A stretch of DNA of 64,000 nt from Verrucomicrobiia bacterium (GCA_035552155.1 DASZLX010000032.1:44903-108902); one strand, 5' to 3'. Positions 7,502 through 16,162 are shown, counted from the stretch's first letter. Made by a program: numbers and translations. Notes: a model not told the origin generated them from the sequence alone.

Positions 7502-8682
7502 GAAAAAGCCAGAAGCGGGTGCTGGTGGCGCTGGGTTGGTATGATTACCGGCTGCATCGCGGCATTGAGCGCTACGCGCTGGAGCATGGCTGGAATCTTT
7601 CGGCCAATCTGGCGCGCGAGAAGGTGATCCCGTGGGGCTGGGAGGGCGATGGCATCCTGGCGTGGCTGGGCGCGGGGGATGACCTGGCGGATTTTGTGCG
7701 GCGCACGGCGCGGCCGACGGTGGATTTCAGTTTTCGCCGGCCGCAACTGCGTTTTCCGCGGGTGCTCGAGGACCACGCGCACGCGGCGGAGTTGGTGGCG
7801 GAACATTTTCTTTCGCGCGGCCTGGCGCATTTTATTTTTTACAGCGAATCCGAGAATTGGTCGTACGAGGAGCGGGGCAACGGTTTTTTGAAAGCGTTGA
7901 AACGCGCCGGCCACGAGTGCGTCTGGCTGCGGTGGCATCAGTCGCCGGAGTTCCGCACGGACAATGAGCAATGGCGCCGGCGTCGCAAGTGGCTGAGCGC
8001 GCACATCCGGCAGGCGCCGAAGCCGCTGGGAATTTTCGCGGCGAACGACGAGCACGCGCTGCACGTGCTGGAGGCGTGCGAAAGTGCGGGCGTGCCGGTG
8101 CCCGAGCAGGTGGCGATCGCGGGCGCGGAAAATTATCTGCTGGCGCCGGACGCGATGCGCACGCCGGTTTCGAGCGTGGACACGAATCTTGAGACTCTGG
8201 GCTATCGCGGCGCGGCGTTGCTGGATGATTTGATGAACGGAAAAAAGGCGGCGCCGGAGCCGATGCGCGTGCCGGCGCTGGGGGTGATTGTGCGCAAGAG
8301 CAGTGATTTGCTGGCAGTGAACCACAAGGGCGTGGCGAACAGCCTGCGGTTCATCTGGGAGCATTGCCATGAAATGATTGGCGTCGAAGATTTGGTGGGC
8401 GTGGCCGCGATGTCCCGGCGAGGATTGCACAAGGCCTTCATGGAGCACCTGGGCCGCACGCCCGGGCAGGAGTTGCAGCGCGTGCGCATCGAACGCGCCA
8501 AGCGGCTGTTGCGCGAGTCGGGTCACAAGCTGGAAGTGCTCGCCAACATGTGCGGCTATCAAAGCGCGAATAGTTTTTGCCTGGCGTTCAAACAGGCCGC
8601 CGGGATGTCGCCCAAACAATATCGCGAGCAGGGAAAGCCGGGGGGCGGAGGGCAGCGTTTTTTTGTGAATCGGCTGCCATGA
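7498..8682 (+). CDS. XylR-like AraC-family regulator (sugar-binding-like domain plus AraC HTH)
   Basis: Internal ATG gives MRKSQKRVLVALGWYDYRLHRGI. C-terminal AraC HTH (MCGYQSANSFCLAFKQAAGMSPKQYR). ATGA overlap with the preceding gene. Confidence 0.85.
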   Translation: MRKSQKRVLVALGWYDYRLHRGIERYALEHGWNLSANLAREKVIPWGWEGDGILAWLGAGDDLADFVRRTARPTVDFSFRRPQLRFPRVLEDHAHAAELVAEHFLSRGLAHFIFYSESENWSYEERGNGFLKALKRAGHECVWLRWHQSPEFRTDNEQWRRRRKWLSAHIRQAPKPLGIFAANDEHALHVLEACESAGVPVPEQVAIAGAENYLLAPDAMRTPVSSVDTNLETLGYRGAALLDDLMNGKKAAPEPMRVPALGVIVRKSSDLLAVNHKGVANSLRFIWEHCHEMIGVEDLVGVAAMSRRGLHKAFMEHLGRTPGQELQRVRIERAKRLLRESGHKLEVLANMCGYQSANSFCLAFKQAAGMSPKQYREQGKPGGGGQRFFVNRLP

Positions 8683-8752
8683 TTTGCTAATGTTCCATAG
8701 GAAAGCAGCATGCTTTACCGATCGCCAAGCGGCGCAATGATTTAAATTTAAA

Positions 8753-9322
8753 ATGGCCAATGACGCACCAATCAACGGACCCCTCGCGGGCGGCGAGGCG
8801 GGAGCCATCGCCGAGAAGACGATGCGGGTGCAGCAGCTTTTCGTGAAGCACCAGCTCGGGTTGCGGGCGTTCATTCTGTCGTTGGAGCCGAATTTCACCG
8901 ACGCCGAGGACCTGTTGCAGGAGGTGTTTCTGGTCATTACGCGCAAGGCGAATGAGTTCGAGGAAGGCACGAATTTTTTTGGATGGGCGTGCACCATCGC
9001 GCGCTACAAATTGCTGGAATTGCTGCGGCGGCGCGCGCGGTCGCAGGCGTTGTCGGAGGAAGTCATCGAGGCCTTGTGCGTGATCGAGCCGGAACATGCT
9101 TTTGACGATTCGCGAGTGGCCATTTTGCAGCAATGCCTCGAGCAGCTCGCGCCCAAGGCGCGGCAAATGATGTATCTGCGGTATTACGGGGAGCATTCGC
9201 CGGCGCAAATCGCGCGGCTGGTGTCGTGGACGCCGAACGCGGTGCGGGTGGCCTTGTCGCGCGGGCGCACGGTTTTGCAAGAGTGCCTCGAGCGGCGTCT
9301 GCGGCAGGAGGCGTCGCGATGA
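8753..9322 (+). CDS. ECF-type RNA polymerase sigma-70 family factor
   Basis: Region 2 (DAEDLLQEVFLVITRK, FFGWACTIARYKLLE) and region 4 (MMYLRYYGEHSPAQIARLVSWTPNAVRVALSRGR). Confidence 0.85.
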   Translation: MANDAPINGPLAGGEAGAIAEKTMRVQQLFVKHQLGLRAFILSLEPNFTDAEDLLQEVFLVITRKANEFEEGTNFFGWACTIARYKLLELLRRRARSQALSEEVIEALCVIEPEHAFDDSRVAILQQCLEQLAPKARQMMYLRYYGEHSPAQIARLVSWTPNAVRVALSRGRTVLQECLERRLRQEASR

Positions 9323-11019
9323 GGGACGAGCGGCTCATTGTTTTGCTGGATGCGTACTTGGACGGCGCGTTGTCGGCGGTGGAAAAGCAGGAATTGGAAC
9401 GGATGCTATTGGAGTCCGACGCCGCGCGGCGGGAATTCTGGGAGCGCGCCTCGCTGCACGGCTGGACGTACGCGGCGGCGAAGTTGAATTACAGCGCGAA
9501 GCCGGCGGAGGAAGTGGCGCGGGAACGGCGCGGGTTGCGCGGCGTGCCTTTCGATGCGTTGGAAGCCTGGTTGAAAAGGGCGAGCCGGCTGGGATGGAAA
9601 ATGATTTTGGCGGGCGCAGCCGGCGCGGCGGCGGTGATGCTCTGGGTCGGCATCCGGGCGTTGCAGCAGCCGATGGATGACACCGCGGTGGCCGACTCGG
9701 TTCCCGGGCCGGAGCCGATGACGGAAACAAATTATATCGCGACCCTGACGCGCGGGACCGGAGTGGTGTGGGACGGCGAAAGCAATCATGTCGAAATCGG
9801 CTCGGCCCTGGCTTCGCGCTGGCTGCGCTTGAAATCGGGTGCGGTGCAAATTGAATTCAACAGCGGCGCGCGAGTGATTCTCGAGGGGCCGGCGGCGCTG
9901 GAATTAATTTCACCGGGGGCAACGCGGTTGAGTTACGGCAAGTTAAGCGCGCGGGTTCCCGAGCCGGCGCATGGTTTCAAAGTTTATACTTCGGACCTGA
10001 CGGTCACGGACCTCGGCACGGAGTTTGGGCTGAATCGGCCGGCCAACCAGCTGATGCAGGTGGAAGTATTCGAGGGGAAGGTCGAAGTGGCGATGGATGG
10101 AGCGGCCCGGACGTCCCGGATTTTGAATGCCGGTCAGGGCGTTCAGGTCAGCGCGCAACAAGTGCAGCCGATGGCGGCGGTGGACCGGCGGGAGTTTCTG
10201 GGCGTGGACGAGCTCGCGCAACGGGAGTTGGCGGAATTGCGCGCGCGCTATAAAGATTGGCGGCGGGCAGACGGCGCGTTGGACTATGATCCCGCGGTGC
10301 TCGTGCATCTGAACTTTGAAGACCAAAGCAACGTGGAGCGAAATTTGATCAATCGCGCCGTCGGGACGCCGGCGTCATCGCGCGCGATGGTTCTGGGTTG
10401 CGATTGGGGCGAAGGGCGGTGGCCGGGGAAAGGTGCGCTCGAGTTCAACGGACTCAACGACCGTGTGCGCGTCTCGGTGCCGGGCACGTTTCAATCCCTC
10501 ACCTACCTCGCGTGGTTGCGCGTGGACAGCCTGCCGAACCCGTGGAACGCGCTGGCATTGGTGGACACTTTCAAGACCGGCGAGACGCACTGGCAAATTC
10601 GCCGGAACGGCAGCGTGGAATTGGCGGTGCGGAATGGAAGCGGAAAGACGCCTTGGGATCACCTCATGAGTCCGCCGGTCATCACGCGCGAAGATTTTGG
10701 CAAATGGATTCAATTGGCGGCGGTGTTCGATGGAGGCAGCGGACAGATGATTCTCTATATGAACGGCCGGCAGGTGGCAGCGAAGACCGCGAAAATGCAG
10801 CCGCTCACGCTGGGGACTTTGGACCTTGGCAATTGGACGCTGACCGCGCCCAAGGCCAGCGCGGATTATCGCATACGGGATTTTCACGGGCGGATGGATG
10901 AATTCGCGCTGTTCAGCCGCCCGCTTTCGGCCGAAGAAATTTACCGCCAATATGAAATCGGCCAGCCGCGCGAAGCCATCGCCGTGGCGGGATTGACTCC
11001 GCTTTCCCCGAAGCCGTGA
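9319..11019 (+). CDS. anti-sigma factor with FecR-like and LamG/concanavalin-like domains
   Basis: ATGA-coupled to the sigma gene. N-terminal anti-sigma helix (LLDAYLDGALS), one TM, a FecR-like middle, and a C-terminal LamG-type segment (GRMDEFALFSRPLSAEEI). Confidence 0.75.
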   Translation: MRDERLIVLLDAYLDGALSAVEKQELERMLLESDAARREFWERASLHGWTYAAAKLNYSAKPAEEVARERRGLRGVPFDALEAWLKRASRLGWKMILAGAAGAAAVMLWVGIRALQQPMDDTAVADSVPGPEPMTETNYIATLTRGTGVVWDGESNHVEIGSALASRWLRLKSGAVQIEFNSGARVILEGPAALELISPGATRLSYGKLSARVPEPAHGFKVYTSDLTVTDLGTEFGLNRPANQLMQVEVFEGKVEVAMDGAARTSRILNAGQGVQVSAQQVQPMAAVDRREFLGVDELAQRELAELRARYKDWRRADGALDYDPAVLVHLNFEDQSNVERNLINRAVGTPASSRAMVLGCDWGEGRWPGKGALEFNGLNDRVRVSVPGTFQSLTYLAWLRVDSLPNPWNALALVDTFKTGETHWQIRRNGSVELAVRNGSGKTPWDHLMSPPVITREDFGKWIQLAAVFDGGSGQMILYMNGRQVAAKTAKMQPLTLGTLDLGNWTLTAPKASADYRIRDFHGRMDEFALFSRPLSAEEIYRQYEIGQPREAIAVAGLTPLSPKP

Positions 11020-11065
11020 GATTGCTTCGGCTGCCAAGGCGGCTCCTACTTTTTCGAATACAACC

Positions 11066-11091
11066 AGAGCCTCCTCACGTCGGCTGCTACG
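11066..11091. repeat. dispersed 26-nt repeat, family 2
   Basis: agagcctcctcacgtcggctgctacg; a copy differing at one base lies at 35055-35080. Confidence 0.8.
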
Positions 11092-11100
11092 AAATTCTAA

Positions 11101-11438
11101 AGCGGTTTAAAAAATACTGTAGCCGTTTGGTCAGAGGAATGCCGAAGCCCCGAAATCGCATGTGCGAAAACCGCCCAAGTAATCGAAATGTTGTGGCCTT
11201 AAAAAGGCTATCGCCTACCCATTTGTAGCTGGGGGCAAATGGGTAGGCGGATTTTAATTGTGATGATTCTAATGTCAAACCAAATGTCCAACGAAACATC
11301 GTGCTGAAAAAATTAAGATGCGTCCGCCCTGCGTCGTTTCGGCTCAGTCATCCCGACGGGTCGGGACTCCTTCGCCGAAGCCTCGCTAAAAACCAAAAAT
11401 CCTCGCTCCAAATCGGCTACAGTATTTTTTGAACCGCT
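11101..11438. mobile_element. MITE-like non-autonomous element with about 30-bp terminal inverted repeats
   Basis: agcggtttaaaaaatactgtagccgtttgg (11101-11130) versus the reverse complement of ccaaatcggctacagtattttttgaaccgct (11408-11438): one mismatch and one indel. No ORF inside. Internal 14-bp hairpin cgcctacccatttg/caaatgggtaggcg at 11212-11249. Confidence 0.65.
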
Positions 11439-11909
11439 CTAGAACCAAGACTTGTGGCCGTCCACGTAGGTGCGCACGAATTCGTCATCGGATTTGGCCA
11501 GGTAAAGGATGCCTTCGATGAGCCCGATGAGGTGCATGATGGGATAGAGCGCTCCGCAGGATAGCACCGTGAGCAGGAGCATGGTAATGCCCGCGCCGGT
11601 GTAACCGAGGATGAATTTGTGCACGCCAAGGCCGCCGAGGATGATGCCGCAGACACCGGCGGGAATTTTATCCGAAGCGCGGGGATTAGAGATTAGCGGC
11701 GGGACTGCCGGGGCCGGAGTGATGGGCGGCGGCGACGTTTTAATTTCGGCGGCCAATTCGGGAAAGTAAGTGAGCGGCTTCCATTCGCCCGAGCCTTCCG
11801 CCTGGACCAGGGTTTCCGCGCGCACGCGGTTTTCGGCGATCCATTGCCGCATCTGCTGGACGGTCACGGGTCCGTATGGCTGTCCGTCGGCTCCGATGAT
11901 TTTATACAT
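11439..11909 (-). CDS. GYF-like (GYF_2/DUF4339-type) N-terminal module fused to a TM2-like membrane domain
   Basis: Starts MYKIIGADGQPYGPVTVQQMRQWI...EWKPLTYFPEL, then a Pro-rich linker and GGLGVHKFILGYTGAG (TM2-like). Internal ATG chosen by analogy with the paralogs. Confidence 0.8.
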   Translation of the reverse strand: MYKIIGADGQPYGPVTVQQMRQWIAENRVRAETLVQAEGSGEWKPLTYFPELAAEIKTSPPPITPAPAVPPLISNPRASDKIPAGVCGIILGGLGVHKFILGYTGAGITMLLLTVLSCGALYPIMHLIGLIEGILYLAKSDDEFVRTYVDGHKSWF

Positions 11910-11928
11910 AACGCACCTTTCGTTGCGG

Positions 11929-11958
11929 CGCGGACGGCGCAAGCGCGCCGTCCCTACC
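11929..11958. repeat. REP-like hairpin
   Basis: ggacggcgc aagc gcgccgtcc (9-bp stem) followed by ctacc. Confidence 0.8.
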
Positions 11959-12000
11959 TACTTGCAAGTGCCAGCGTGCGGCAAATTTCGGATTTTGCCA

Positions 12001-12348
12001 TTACATTTTCGGGGGGAGATTTGTAATGCGCGGCGGGACACTGCCGGGCGGCGGCGGTTCCGGGACCTTGCCTTCCCGCAGGAGGCTGAGGCTGGTCACG
12101 AGCGACCATATCCACGCGAGCGCAAACAGCGAAGCGCCGGCCAGAAAGTATCGGGTGTAGGAGACCGCCGGCTGATCGTCCATCGGGGTATAATAATCTT
12201 TCATCAGGCCGTAATATTTTTTCATCACCAGCACGAACCACACGAGGACGAGGGTAAAGCCGGCGAGGGCGAGCACGAGTTGGCCGATGCCGGGGAGGAT
12301 TCTGCGCCCCATGAGCGAGCCGAGGCCCGGCGTTGCGAATTGGTTCAT
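12001..12348 (-). CDS. small two-TM membrane protein
   Basis: Hydrophobic segments GIGQLVLALAGFTLVLVWFVLV and FLAGASLFALAWIWSLV, with a Pro-rich tail. Start uncertain (ATG 12348, or the upstream start at 12414 overlapping the previous gene). Confidence 0.5.
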   Translation of the reverse strand: MNQFATPGLGSLMGRRILPGIGQLVLALAGFTLVLVWFVLVMKKYYGLMKDYYTPMDDQPAVSYTRYFLAGASLFALAWIWSLVTSLSLLREGKVPEPPPPGSVPPRITNLPPKM

Positions 12349-12376
12349 CAGAAAACAATTTCGCGCCGCGGCCGGG

Positions 12377-13402
12377 CTAAGCGGTTTTGCGGCCGAAGAT
12401 TTCTTCATAAGCACACATGAGGGCGACCAGGGTCAGCGGAATGGTCACCAGCAGGCCGATACAACAGGCGCAAAAGCCGGCCACATTGATGAGGCCCATC
12501 ACCACCGCCAATCCAAAAACGTGGAACCAATGCCGGTGGACCATTTTCCAACTGATTTTCATCGCGCCCCAGAAGCCGATCTTTTTGTCGATGATGAGCG
12601 GCAGGACGAACATCCAGTTCACCGAGAAATACATGGCGGGGATCATGCACAGCAGGAACACCGGCAGGGACGCGGTGAAGGCGGACATCATGTGGGTGAA
12701 GATTTCCTGCGGGTTGACAGACCCGGGATTTTGCCGGAGGGAATCCATGAGCGGCGCCATTTTGGAGGCGTTCGCCATGTTGTAGGGAAGCATGCAGGCG
12801 GAGCCGATGACGCCGGGAATCAGTTTGCCGAGATAAAGGTCCTGAAAATGGCTGAAGCCGGTGAAAAGATTGCCGGCGCTGGCCGGTTGCCCGCGAATAA
12901 TGGAAAGATAAACGTGATAAAGGCCGCCGGCCGCCGGACCCATCACCAGCGCGAGGAAAATGAAATAGACGGGCGTGAGATATTGGGTGGTCTGGTAAGG
13001 GAGCCGATTCACGCCGCCCAGGGCGAGGATGGCCTGGATGATCAGGCTGGCGCCGAAAACGAGCGCCACCAGGAGCAGGAAGGTCACCAACAAGGTCCCG
13101 ACATTGTTCTTGAACACTCCCCAGGCGCGGCTGACGCAACCGCCGATGTCGAGGGAATAATCCCGCGCCAGGATTTCCTCCGGCGAAGCCGGAGCGGCGG
13201 CTGCCGCTTCAACCCCCGTTCCCGAAATAGCACCGGGCGCCAGGCCAAATTCGGGGTACATCTCCAGCGGTTTCCACTCCTGCGAACCTTCGAGGCAGAC
13301 CGGCGTTTTTCCATTCAGGCGGCCTTCCGAGATCCACTCCCGGATTTGGTCCTCGCTGATGGGCCCGTATTCTTTTTGGTCGGCTCCGATGATTTTATAC
13401 AT
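12377..13402 (-). CDS. GYF-like module fused to a polytopic (about 6 TM, DUF975-like) membrane domain
   Basis: MYKIIGADQKEYGPISEDQIREWISEGRL...EWKPLEMYPEF, then a linker and multiple TM helices. Confidence 0.8.
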   Translation of the reverse strand: MYKIIGADQKEYGPISEDQIREWISEGRLNGKTPVCLEGSQEWKPLEMYPEFGLAPGAISGTGVEAAAAAPASPEEILARDYSLDIGGCVSRAWGVFKNNVGTLLVTFLLLVALVFGASLIIQAILALGGVNRLPYQTTQYLTPVYFIFLALVMGPAAGGLYHVYLSIIRGQPASAGNLFTGFSHFQDLYLGKLIPGVIGSACMLPYNMANASKMAPLMDSLRQNPGSVNPQEIFTHMMSAFTASLPVFLLCMIPAMYFSVNWMFVLPLIIDKKIGFWGAMKISWKMVHRHWFHVFGLAVVMGLINVAGFCACCIGLLVTIPLTLVALMCAYEEIFGRKTA

Positions 13403-13453
13403 AAGACGGTTTCTGGCGTGAAAAAAATCCGCAGTGCGGTCGCGGCGTGGGCA

Positions 13454-14107
13454 TCATTGGAACTGCGATTTGACTTCCGATTTATTCAGGACCACCAAAG
13501 CCCAGATGCCGAAGGGGATGCCCAAAATGCAACAGCAACCGGCGCAGGGTATCATCGCGACGATGGCTGCCGCGATGGCGAGCGAGCGGCTTTGCAGGCG
13601 CAACATTTTGATGGCGCCGAGGAGGACGAAGGCGTTCACCACCACGATGAGCAGGCAAACTGCGATGCCGACGGTCCCCTGCATGTTTTGCATTATGGAT
13701 CGCATTTCCGGCGGAATATTGGCGGGCAGGTTCCGTTGAAACATCGCGCCGCCGCCAATCAACATGGCCAATCCCCGGAACAGGTATAACACGACCCCCA
13801 ACGAAGCAGTGACGATGAGCGCGATGGCCGGACCTTTCACCGCCTGGAGCGCGGCATCGCGCGAACCGGGAGCGCCCGGCATGGCCATGGGGGCGGGGGC
13901 GGAGCCAGGCGGCGGCGCGCTGGTTCCGGCGGCGGCCGGGCTCAGCACGTCGGCAAATTCCGCGAATGCGGAGAGCGTCTGCCATTCACCACCGTCGCGC
14001 TGCGCCCGCGTATGCGCATTCAAACGGCCATCGATGATCCATTGGCGAATTTGTTCAGCGGCGATGGGTCCATATTCCTTTTGGTCGGCTCCAATGATTT
14101 TAAACAT
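13454..14107 (-). CDS. GYF-like module fused to a 4-TM membrane domain
   Basis: MFKIIGADQKEYGPIAAEQIRQWIIDGRL...EWQTLSAFAEF, a Pro/Ala linker, then hydrophobic helices. Confidence 0.8.
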   Translation of the reverse strand: MFKIIGADQKEYGPIAAEQIRQWIIDGRLNAHTRAQRDGGEWQTLSAFAEFADVLSPAAAGTSAPPPGSAPAPMAMPGAPGSRDAALQAVKGPAIALIVTASLGVVLYLFRGLAMLIGGGAMFQRNLPANIPPEMRSIMQNMQGTVGIAVCLLIVVVNAFVLLGAIKMLRLQSRSLAIAAAIVAMIPCAGCCCILGIPFGIWALVVLNKSEVKSQFQ

Positions 14108-14139
14108 AATATTTTTCTATGGTTGCAAGGTTGGTTTGC

Positions 14140-15006
14140 TCATGGATTCCACCGCAGGCCGGCGAGCCGGTCGGAGGTCAATTGTTGAACACTGCCATCG
14201 GCGAAGGCCACGACGCACAAGCGGCCATGGCGCGATTTTGGAAGCATCAACTCCGGGCCGCCACTGGTGTTCCAGCCGTCTTCGGTTTCAAAAAGGAGAA
14301 CCGTATTGGGAGCGATGTTTTTTTCTTCGATGCCATCGAGTTGGGAATTAAAAGCATAGTCGCACCGGTCGGTGGGACCTGCGGCGGGACATTTGAAAAC
14401 CCTTTCAGAAGGAGCATACGATTTGATGGAATCACACCACGTTTTCGCGGGCGGCAAATGGTCTCCATGGTCCCCGGAATAAATGCGCACCGCCAGCGCC
14501 AATTGTTTCATGTTATTGACGCATTGAATCGTTTGCGCGCGCTGTTTGGCTTTGGACAGGGCCGGCAAAAGCATTGCCCCCTCGAGAGGAATCATCAGGA
14601 GCAACACGGCGGACACGATGGTTCCCGCCAGTGCGATGCCAAAACCACTGAGAGCGCCGTTGCTTTTTTTCACCCGGTTTATCGCGATGATACCGAGGAT
14701 TAACCCGATCACCGCGCCGATGCCGCACGTGAACAATCCCAGGACACCTGAAATGAGTGAGCCAATGGCCAGGCCGCTGGTTCTGGACGGTGGAGGGGGG
14801 GCGGAGGGTGCGGGGGAAACCATCGGCGGAACGCGGTGCGCAAAGGCCGCGGTAAATTCCGGGAATTCGCTTAGCGGCTTCCAATCGCCGCCGTCAGCCT
14901 GCGTCCTGGTTTGGAAGTTGACGCGACCTTGCGCAATCCATTGATTCATCTGGTCTGCCGAAACCGGGCCGTACTCCTTCTGGTCCGCTCCGATGATTTT
15001 ATACAT
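14140..15006 (-). CDS. GYF-like module + DUF4190-like TM pair + pseudopilin-like (DUF1559-type, H-X9-DG) ectodomain
   Basis: MYKIIGADQKEYGPVSADQMNQWI.... SGLAIGSLISGVLGLFTCGIG...INRVKKSNG is DUF4190-like. LLPALSKAKQRAQTIQCVNNMKQLALA and HGRLCVVAFADG give the H-X9-DG motif. An alternative start lies 9 nt upstream at 15015. Confidence 0.8.
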   Translation of the reverse strand: MYKIIGADQKEYGPVSADQMNQWIAQGRVNFQTRTQADGGDWKPLSEFPEFTAAFAHRVPPMVSPAPSAPPPPSRTSGLAIGSLISGVLGLFTCGIGAVIGLILGIIAINRVKKSNGALSGFGIALAGTIVSAVLLLMIPLEGAMLLPALSKAKQRAQTIQCVNNMKQLALAVRIYSGDHGDHLPPAKTWCDSIKSYAPSERVFKCPAAGPTDRCDYAFNSQLDGIEEKNIAPNTVLLFETEDGWNTSGGPELMLPKSRHGRLCVVAFADGSVQQLTSDRLAGLRWNP

Positions 15007-15081
15007 AGGCGTCATCCTTGGACATGTTTTCCAACGCTCCCACTGTGGAGCTTTTACCCAATTGTCCCTGACAAAGCAAGG

Positions 15082-15549
15082 TCAGGCCGCGAACCATTGA
15101 AAAATCGGGAACGGTAAATTCCGCAGAAGGCCGAACAAAATCCAAGCGGCGAGATAGCACCACAGCCAGCGGGCATTCAGAGGCAGAGAGCCGCCGCGCA
15201 TGGTGAGCCACATCCAGCGCAGACCGAACCACGCGGCAAGTGGCAGCGAAAGGACGAACATCGCGTTCAGTTGGAAAGCCGCGATGAGGTTCCCGTGCAA
15301 CAATTGATGCAGGGCACGCTGTGCGCCGCAGCCGGGGCAGTCCAACCCGGTTATTTGATGAAACATGCAGGGGGGGAAAATAGCGACCTGCGTGGGATCA
15401 AAGGCGAAGTAAATCAGGGCGCCGGTGGCGCATAAAAGGCAAACGCCCGCCAGCAGCAACGCCCTGGCGCTGGGAAATCCGACCCGCGTGAGGTTAGAGC
15501 CGGTAAACATGATGTATCGGATGGCCCAAAGCGGCGGACGCAAAGACAA
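15082..15549 (-). CDS. DUF2752-like membrane protein
   Basis: Motif GLDCPGCGAQRALHQLLHG plus four hydrophobic helices. The 5' end overlaps the upstream gene, so the start is uncertain (15549 or 15510). Confidence 0.7.
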   Translation of the reverse strand: MSLRPPLWAIRYIMFTGSNLTRVGFPSARALLLAGVCLLCATGALIYFAFDPTQVAIFPPCMFHQITGLDCPGCGAQRALHQLLHGNLIAAFQLNAMFVLSLPLAAWFGLRWMWLTMRGGSLPLNARWLWCYLAAWILFGLLRNLPFPIFQWFAA

Positions 15550-15988
15550 CAGCTAATATGATTACTATCAGGGCGAGGCTCATCAGGGAAAGCACCAACC
15601 CGGCGATGGCCATGCCTTTGCCGTCATATCGATTCGGGTTGCTTTTAATTTGAGACAGGGCGACGAGCGACAAAATCAGGCCGGTGATGTTGAACGGCAG
15701 TCCGTAACAACAACACAAGCCGAAGGTCAGGGAAAAAATTCCCAGGATCAGGCTGGTGAGGGCGAGAGCGGAGCTTTTGTAAGCGGCCGGCGCTGCGGCA
15801 GTGGAAGGGGCTGTCGCTGCGAACAAGAGGGAGAATTCCGGCAGCGCACTGAGGTTTTTCCATTCGGTTGCGCCCTGCGCGAGCGTGGGCGTGGCGGCAT
15901 TGGCGCGGCCTTCGGTGATCCATTGGCGCAATTGGTCGGCGGAAATGGGGCCGTACTCCTTTCCATCGGCTCCGATGACTCTATACAT
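15494..15988 (-). CDS. GYF-like module fused to a DUF4190-like membrane domain
   Basis: MYRVIGADGKEYGPISADQLRQWITEGR...EWKNLSALPEF, then LALTSLILGIFSLTFGLCCC...SQIKSNPNRYDGKG. Confidence 0.8.
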   Translation of the reverse strand: MYRVIGADGKEYGPISADQLRQWITEGRANAATPTLAQGATEWKNLSALPEFSLLFAATAPSTAAAPAAYKSSALALTSLILGIFSLTFGLCCCYGLPFNITGLILSLVALSQIKSNPNRYDGKGMAIAGLVLSLMSLALIVIILAVVFASAALGHPIHHVYRL

Positions 15989-16031
15989 GAATGGACTCTG
16001 GTTAATTCTCTGGCTGGCGTCAAGTGCGACA

Positions 16032-16162
16032 GTAGGGACGGCGCGCTGGCGCCGTCAGCGCCGCGTTCAGCGGCGCAACGTGGGGCGTGGCTGGAGTCGT
16101 GGGTTTGAGTTGTTCCGCCCGCTACTGCGCGGGTAGGGACGCCGTGGCACGGCGTCCCTACC
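16032..16162. repeat. composite REP cluster, left flank of the RAYT gene
   Basis: tagggacggcgcgctggcgccgtc, gcgccgcgttcagcggcgc, aacgtggggcg, a spacer, ccgcccgctactgcgcgggt, then the perfect palindrome ggtagggacgccgtggcacggcgtccctacc. Confidence 0.9.

Noticed and set aside
7456-8997. 513-aa minus-strand ORF, the longest ORF in this region of the track
   Set aside because: It lies antisense to the XylR-like regulator and the ECF sigma gene, both of which have clear family motifs. The product is Arg/His/Gln/Pro-rich with no motif, as expected for a shadow ORF in GC-rich DNA.
12287-13789. 500-aa plus-strand ORF across the GYF paralog region
   Set aside because: It lies antisense to three minus-strand genes that share a conserved N-terminal module and have clear TM helices. 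The product is Gly/Arg/His/Asp-rich low complexity.
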